64,000 bases of DNA from an uncultured bacterium (lineage in GTDB: Bacteria > Omnitrophota > Omnitrophia > Omnitrophales > Aquincolibacteriaceae), in NCBI GenBank assembly GCA_964482725.1, contig CAYZYT010000002.1:5591-69590 (forward strand). Direction: 5' to 3'. The notes below the pieces were generated by a model. That model was given only the letters and a program-made list of their open reading frames with translations, was not told the DNA's origin and did no database searches. The position numbers and the translations under genes were made by a program. This document shows positions 53,301 through 59,300 of this stretch, piece by piece (positions within the stretch are counted from its first letter, which is position 1; each line of letters opens with the position of its first letter).

Positions 53301-56300
53301 TGGTTCTGGATCCCGAGACTTCTGGGAAGGGAGCAATGCTTCGGCCGGAGATCCGGGAGATCCTGATGGGTGCCAAGGTCCAGGCCAATAAGATTCTCGA
53401 CAAATTGACCGATTACAAGGATATCGAGAGAAAGACAGATGCCGCCCGCGGCGTTGCTCAAGGGGACTTGAACCGTCGCACGGATCTCTCAGCCTCGGAT
53501 AAGGCGGAGATCCTGATCAAGATCTCGCAGCAATTTGCGATCGACATTTCGCCCGAAGCGTCCAGACGAAGTCCGACGCCGGAAGCCATCCAGCGTATGA
53601 AAGAACAGAATACGTACAAGGTCAGCAATGAAGCGACCGAAGGTCTGCGGAAGAACAACGCCGACGTTTTTGATAAGGTGGCTCAAGCGGGCGGTTCGGA
53701 GAACCTCTTCTATGAGCGCAATGCCGGAGAGACCACAGGGACCTGGACATTGCTGGGGCAGACGTTGAACATGACCGAAGTACAGCTGCCGTCCGCTGTG
53801 ACCGCCATGGCGGAGATCGTGGGCGTTCTTTCGATGATGCTCAATGCGGACGGGTCGATGTCCCTCGCTCCTGCGCTGGACTACGCGGTTGACAAGAATC
53901 CGGCGCGACTCACACTTAGCGAAGAAAACTGGAAATGGAGCAAACAGCGTTCCCAGGGATTGGGAGAGGTTGTGGCTCTGTTCAGTGATTCCACAAAAGT
54001 TAAAGGGCTGTTGCAACTTCAGACCTTGCTCGATCAACTGGATGGATTTACAGCAACAGACCGGAGTATCCTGATGGAAACCGCAAGCCTGAAAACCTCC
54101 GATTTCGGAGACATGCTCAAACTCCTGAAGGGGACAAAAGGGTTCAATGAACGCCTTAGAGTGATTGCGTTTTATCTACCCAAGCTTGGGAATGATGCAC
54201 AAACGGAACTGGCACGACGCGATTCTAAAGATCTGACTCTTTTGACGCAGCTTAACGAACAGGTTGGCAACCTCAAAAAGATCGCCCGGTTTATCGCAAA
54301 CTATGTGCCGGAATTCAGCGGTAGCGTCACTGAATTGACAGGGGTCAACCTGGTACAGGTGTGGCTCGCACTCAAGACCGTAGATCAGGAGATCAATGCT
54401 CAAAGTGCTGCCGCTCGCAAAGATCCAAAACAATTTGCAAAAGCGATGCTTCCGATCGTGCTCAAGACGGCCATTCTCGGTTCTGAGGCCGTGAATCTCA
54501 AAAAGCGTCAAGCTCTCCTGAAAAAGACCCTGGAAAAAGCCGGTCTTCTGGCGATTGCGGATGCGGCCATGGAGCCCGTTGAAGGCCTTTCCACGGAAAA
54601 TGGTGATATCCTGGCTCTTGTGGCTCAGTCCGTACTTTTGCAGCGCGATTTCCAGAAAGGCTTTTCGAGTATCCGGGAACGGCTTACCATGATCCACGAG
54701 CTTCAAACGACCGGTATGACCCCTGAGGATAAAGAAATCCTTTCCATAGATCGCGTGGCCAATCTTATCCAAAATAGTCACTATACAGAAAATGATGTCA
54801 AGCAAGTGATCCGCCTGGCCAAGGAGTTAAACTCGAAAAAGATCCGTTATTCTTCCGCGGATGATGTGATCGAGCTTTACAGACAGGGAGTTCGCGAAGC
54901 CCAAGTGGCCGGAATCCTGAGCGCGACCGAGGAACAAGCCGACATCCAGATCAAAGACGCTTCGGATATCATCCAGATCATCCATGTGTTCGGTCTCGAT
55001 TTCTCTGGAGTGGAAGCGGGGATCGCTTACTTGAAAGAGAAGATCCGTGATCCCCAGTTTGTTAGATCTGCAGCCGCAAATCATTTCCTTAAACCGATCC
55101 TCGATGCGACCGGAGCTGTGACCGGATTTGAAGTGGTGGATTTGACGGGGAGGCGTCGCGGCTTACTCGACGGCCTTTCAGATCTCCAGGACATCAAAGT
55201 TCAATATCGCGGCGGAAATTGGATCTTCCGGAGCAGCAAAAAAAGCGACTTGCAGAATAAAGATTTGTATGTAGAACTGAATGCCAAGCGATTGGAACAG
55301 CGGGTCTATGACCATGACCAGGTCGCCGTCACTTTGATCCGCGAAGGAACCGAACTTCTGATCCACGGAGTATCTTTTAATGGCGGACAGCCACTTCGCC
55401 TGGATACATTCACAAACGCGACGGCATTCCGTACTGGTTGGCGCGATGTTGAGGGCGGGCGCGTTTTTGAGATCCGCGCAGAAGGGGACAAAGGAATCGA
55501 TATCGGTCGCGTCCAACTCATCTTCGATCAGAACGGACACCTCGTTCAGGCGGATCAGCAGAACCGTCCGGGGCAGGAGAACGTTCATCCTGAGGTGCGT
55601 GTACTCACGCCCGGTGGCCAAGAGCTTCTGGTTCTTCCCGTAATGCCTGAGATTCAGCGTGTGGGGACGGACGGCGTCACTTACGTCCTTCGATCGCAGC
55701 TTCCCGGTACCCAGGCAACCCCGGAATTCAAAGTACCGTTCACAGGTACCGTGGATCTCGCAACCGTTCTTCCTTTCATGAAGGATCTGATCGAAGCATC
55801 TCAATTTGATGCCAATATTGATCCCACGGTTAGCGGCGAAGATCGTGCGAACAGGAGAACGACTTCCTATAAGCTCGGAATTCTTTTTGAATTAATGATG
55901 AATCTTGACGCCGGCGCAAAATCCAAGCTTATTGCGTGGTGGAAGGAAAACGGTGTGACACAGACCGGTAACGAAGTCACGCTGATCCAGGCGATCAAGC
56001 AACTCTTTTCGGGAGATACTGCCGCTCTTGTGACGATTGAGGCTCTCGAACAGCTTGTTTCCCAGAGGATCCGGGATCAAAAAGAGCTGGAGTCAATGCT
56101 CCGGTCTGAAAAAGCGTTGGCGCAACATGATGGTTCCAAAGCTGATGCCAACGACCGGGCTTATCGCGTTGCCGCGGCGGCCTCCCGGTTGCAGTCTGAT
56201 TCGCCAGAATACGCCGCGATTTTGGACGCGTTTAAGGTTGCTTTCTTGGACCAACATCCAACGATTACCGAGAGAGATCTGGTTCTGGACTCCGTTTATT

Positions 56301-59300
56301 CTCTGGTGATGGACCAGATGTTCGGCAAAGGCACCGACGTTCCGGATAATGTCATCAAAGCCAAGCTGCAAGCTCGAGAGATCAAGAAAAAGGAAGAGCA
56401 GAAAGAGGAGCTCAAAAAGGAGCTTTTGAAATATTTGCAATATCGGACGGATCTTAAATCTGCGAGTATCGATGAGCTCTTGGGATTTTTCAACGATCCG
56501 AAGGTTTTGGAACGTTTGGATGAGGATCAAAAGGCCTTGTTGGAGCGTGTCCGCCAGAAAAAAATGTTCGTCGATTTTATCAAGGCCAATGCTGGGAAAA
56601 TCTCCGAGCAAACGATCCCGGGAATCCTGGACCCATTGAAGTCTGAGATGGTCCGTGATTTTGTGGATGCGGCGCCGTTCTGGGACCTTTTCCAGTACGC
56701 CCGGAATTACTACTTGGCGGATGCGAATCATAACGAACTTTTGAAGATCCAGAAAAGCACGACACTTTCTGTGGACCAGAAGGCCGAGCAAATGGCGGAA
56801 CTTCTGGCCGAACAGATCTCCCAAAACCAGGATACAACTCGCGGCGTAAGCAAGGATAACCGTGACATCCTCAAGACGAAACTGAAAGAACTCCTGCGTC
56901 GCGGTTTTGAGAAAAAACCCGGGGACGAAACGATCCGGGATTATGTCCGTTTTGAATTTGACCGAGGTTCCGAACTTGCTAAGCATGTAAACGCGCCGTG
57001 GCGCCTGAACCATGGCTACCGGGACATTCCGGTCGCTGCATTGATCTTCTATGGGGATGCGGCCAAAGAACTCGAACATGCCTGGTATTTTCTGGGTAAT
57101 GATTGGGGCCGGAATTCTGGTTCTGAAGTGATGATCGCAAAAGAGTTCAAAGGCAGAGGAAAAGGTCAGGCTATTTTTAGTCAGACAGGGTTGATGCTGA
57201 TGGATGAGCGCTGGTACAAGGCCTCGATCCCGCACGAAGAACTGCACTTGATCTATCCAAAACCGGCGCTTCTATGGCCGGACGCGGATCCGCAGGTCGA
57301 AGAAATCATGAACTATATGGCTCAGGTTGAAATGGACCTTTACGACCGTGAAGAAGGTCGCAAGTATGATCTACAAAGGCTCTTTGCAAAGATCGAGCAG
57401 TATGCCCGAAGCGCTCAGTTTGATACGCGCAAGATGCAGGCCGCGGCCAAAGCCATGCTGTATTTGCTGGAAGCGACAGGAGATCTTGATTTCGTCAAGA
57501 ACGTGTTGCGGAATTCCGAACATCTTGAAGATATGATCGCGTGGCATTATTTTGACAAGGTTGAGATCGCAGGGATCCGCGAACGCGCCAAGAGCGGTCT
57601 CACAGCGACCGGATCGGCCAGCGAGTGGAAGGATTTTATGAACGGTGAACGGGCTGCTGCGGTCGATGAAGTCCGGAAAATGCCACAAGTCACGACTGAA
57701 GAAGCCAAGGCGAAGCGGCTGGATGCTATTTTATTCGAAAAAGTACAGGCCTGGCAAAAGCGGCTCGGGATTATGCCGGATTCCGAAATTTCGAAAACCG
57801 TGATCCAGGCCTCCGTTCCGGCCCTGCGTCAAGATTGGTACGGAGCGGCCGGGATCCAAAATTACAAGGCAGATGCGAGCCAGGATTTTACCGCGATCTT
57901 CAAAGAAAATACGCCGGGTTATCAAAAGCTTTTTACCGACTTGAAGAGCCTCCTTGAGATCCCGGGGCAGAGCTTTGATACAGCTCAGGCGGAAGCCTAT
58001 ATCGTCAAAGTATTGGGCCCTGCGTGGACAGTTCAAAAGGATCCAAAGAGCGGCGTCCTGTATCTGGAACATGTGCTCAGCGAAAAGGGTAAAGAATCCT
58101 ATGCGTTCTCGGCCCACACGGACGTGGTCCGTGAAGTGGATGGTGCCGTGGCGCCTGTGATCGATTCGTTGGGCGTGGTGCGGAATAGTAATGCGAATTC
58201 CGCGCTCGGTGCGGACAACCGGGCTGGGATAGCGATGATTCTCTCCCTTGTGGGGGATGCGGATTGGGTGAAGCAATTGCAAGCTTCAAATCCTGAGCTG
58301 CATTCACTCAAGATCTTCTTTTCCAACAGTGAAGAGGTCGGCAAAGGGATCCTGGAGATCCTGGACAATATGAAGCTCCGTCAGCAGTGGCTTGGCAATG
58401 TAACCGAAGTTTTTGCTTTTGATCGTCAGTCCGGAACCATCGAAAAACGAAAAGCCAAGGATATTTCGGGAAAAACTTATGATACGGGAACTTTGGGGGA
58501 GCATGCCGAAGTGTTTGTCCCGGCGACGAAAAAAGATATCAAAGGAAGCCGCTATGTCAAAACGCTGAGTGATGCAGCCGCTGCAATGAACTTGCCGAGT
58601 TTGGCGATCTTCAACGGATTTACGGCAGGGACTCAGGAAAGCGAAAACCAGAACGGTGATTTTGCCAATATGCTGGCAGTCCAACCGGATCCGGAGAACG
58701 GCACGATCAGGAGCGTTATCAATTTTCATGATGGCAGCACGAATGCTCACGAACGAGGTTTCGAAAACACGGATCTCCGAACCCTTTCGGCCATGATCGA
58801 ACTGGCAAAAAAGACCATTAGCTCTATTGCGGCGGCAGGGCCGATCGAGGAGGTTGCCGAAAAGGTTGAGGCCGGGCCAGAAAGACGTGCGGAGGAAAGG
58901 GCGAGGGTTCTCACGCCTGCCGGAGCAGGGAGATCGGAATTGAAGGTAGCGCCGACTAAGAGGATCGAGGAAATTATTCAATCAACGATGGATCTTCTTT
59001 TGGGCAGGATGAGGCCGATGGATCCTCGAGCCGAATTAGATTTTCTAAGCAAGGCTTTCAATTCTGCTGCCCCAGTTGTTGTTACTCCGGCAGTGGAATC
59101 TGCGGCGGTGACACCTGACGCGCTTGTAGCGGTGGTGGATGGATTGGCAATGAATATGCCGGCAACGCCGGAGGCTTTGACGGAGGCGGTCAGGACGGGG
59201 ATCTTGGGAATCGCGCCGCAGGTGGGTATTGAGCTCTCGGAGCCTGCCCAGCGTCTTAAGATGAGCACGCCCATGACGGACCCGGATCTTCCGTCGGATA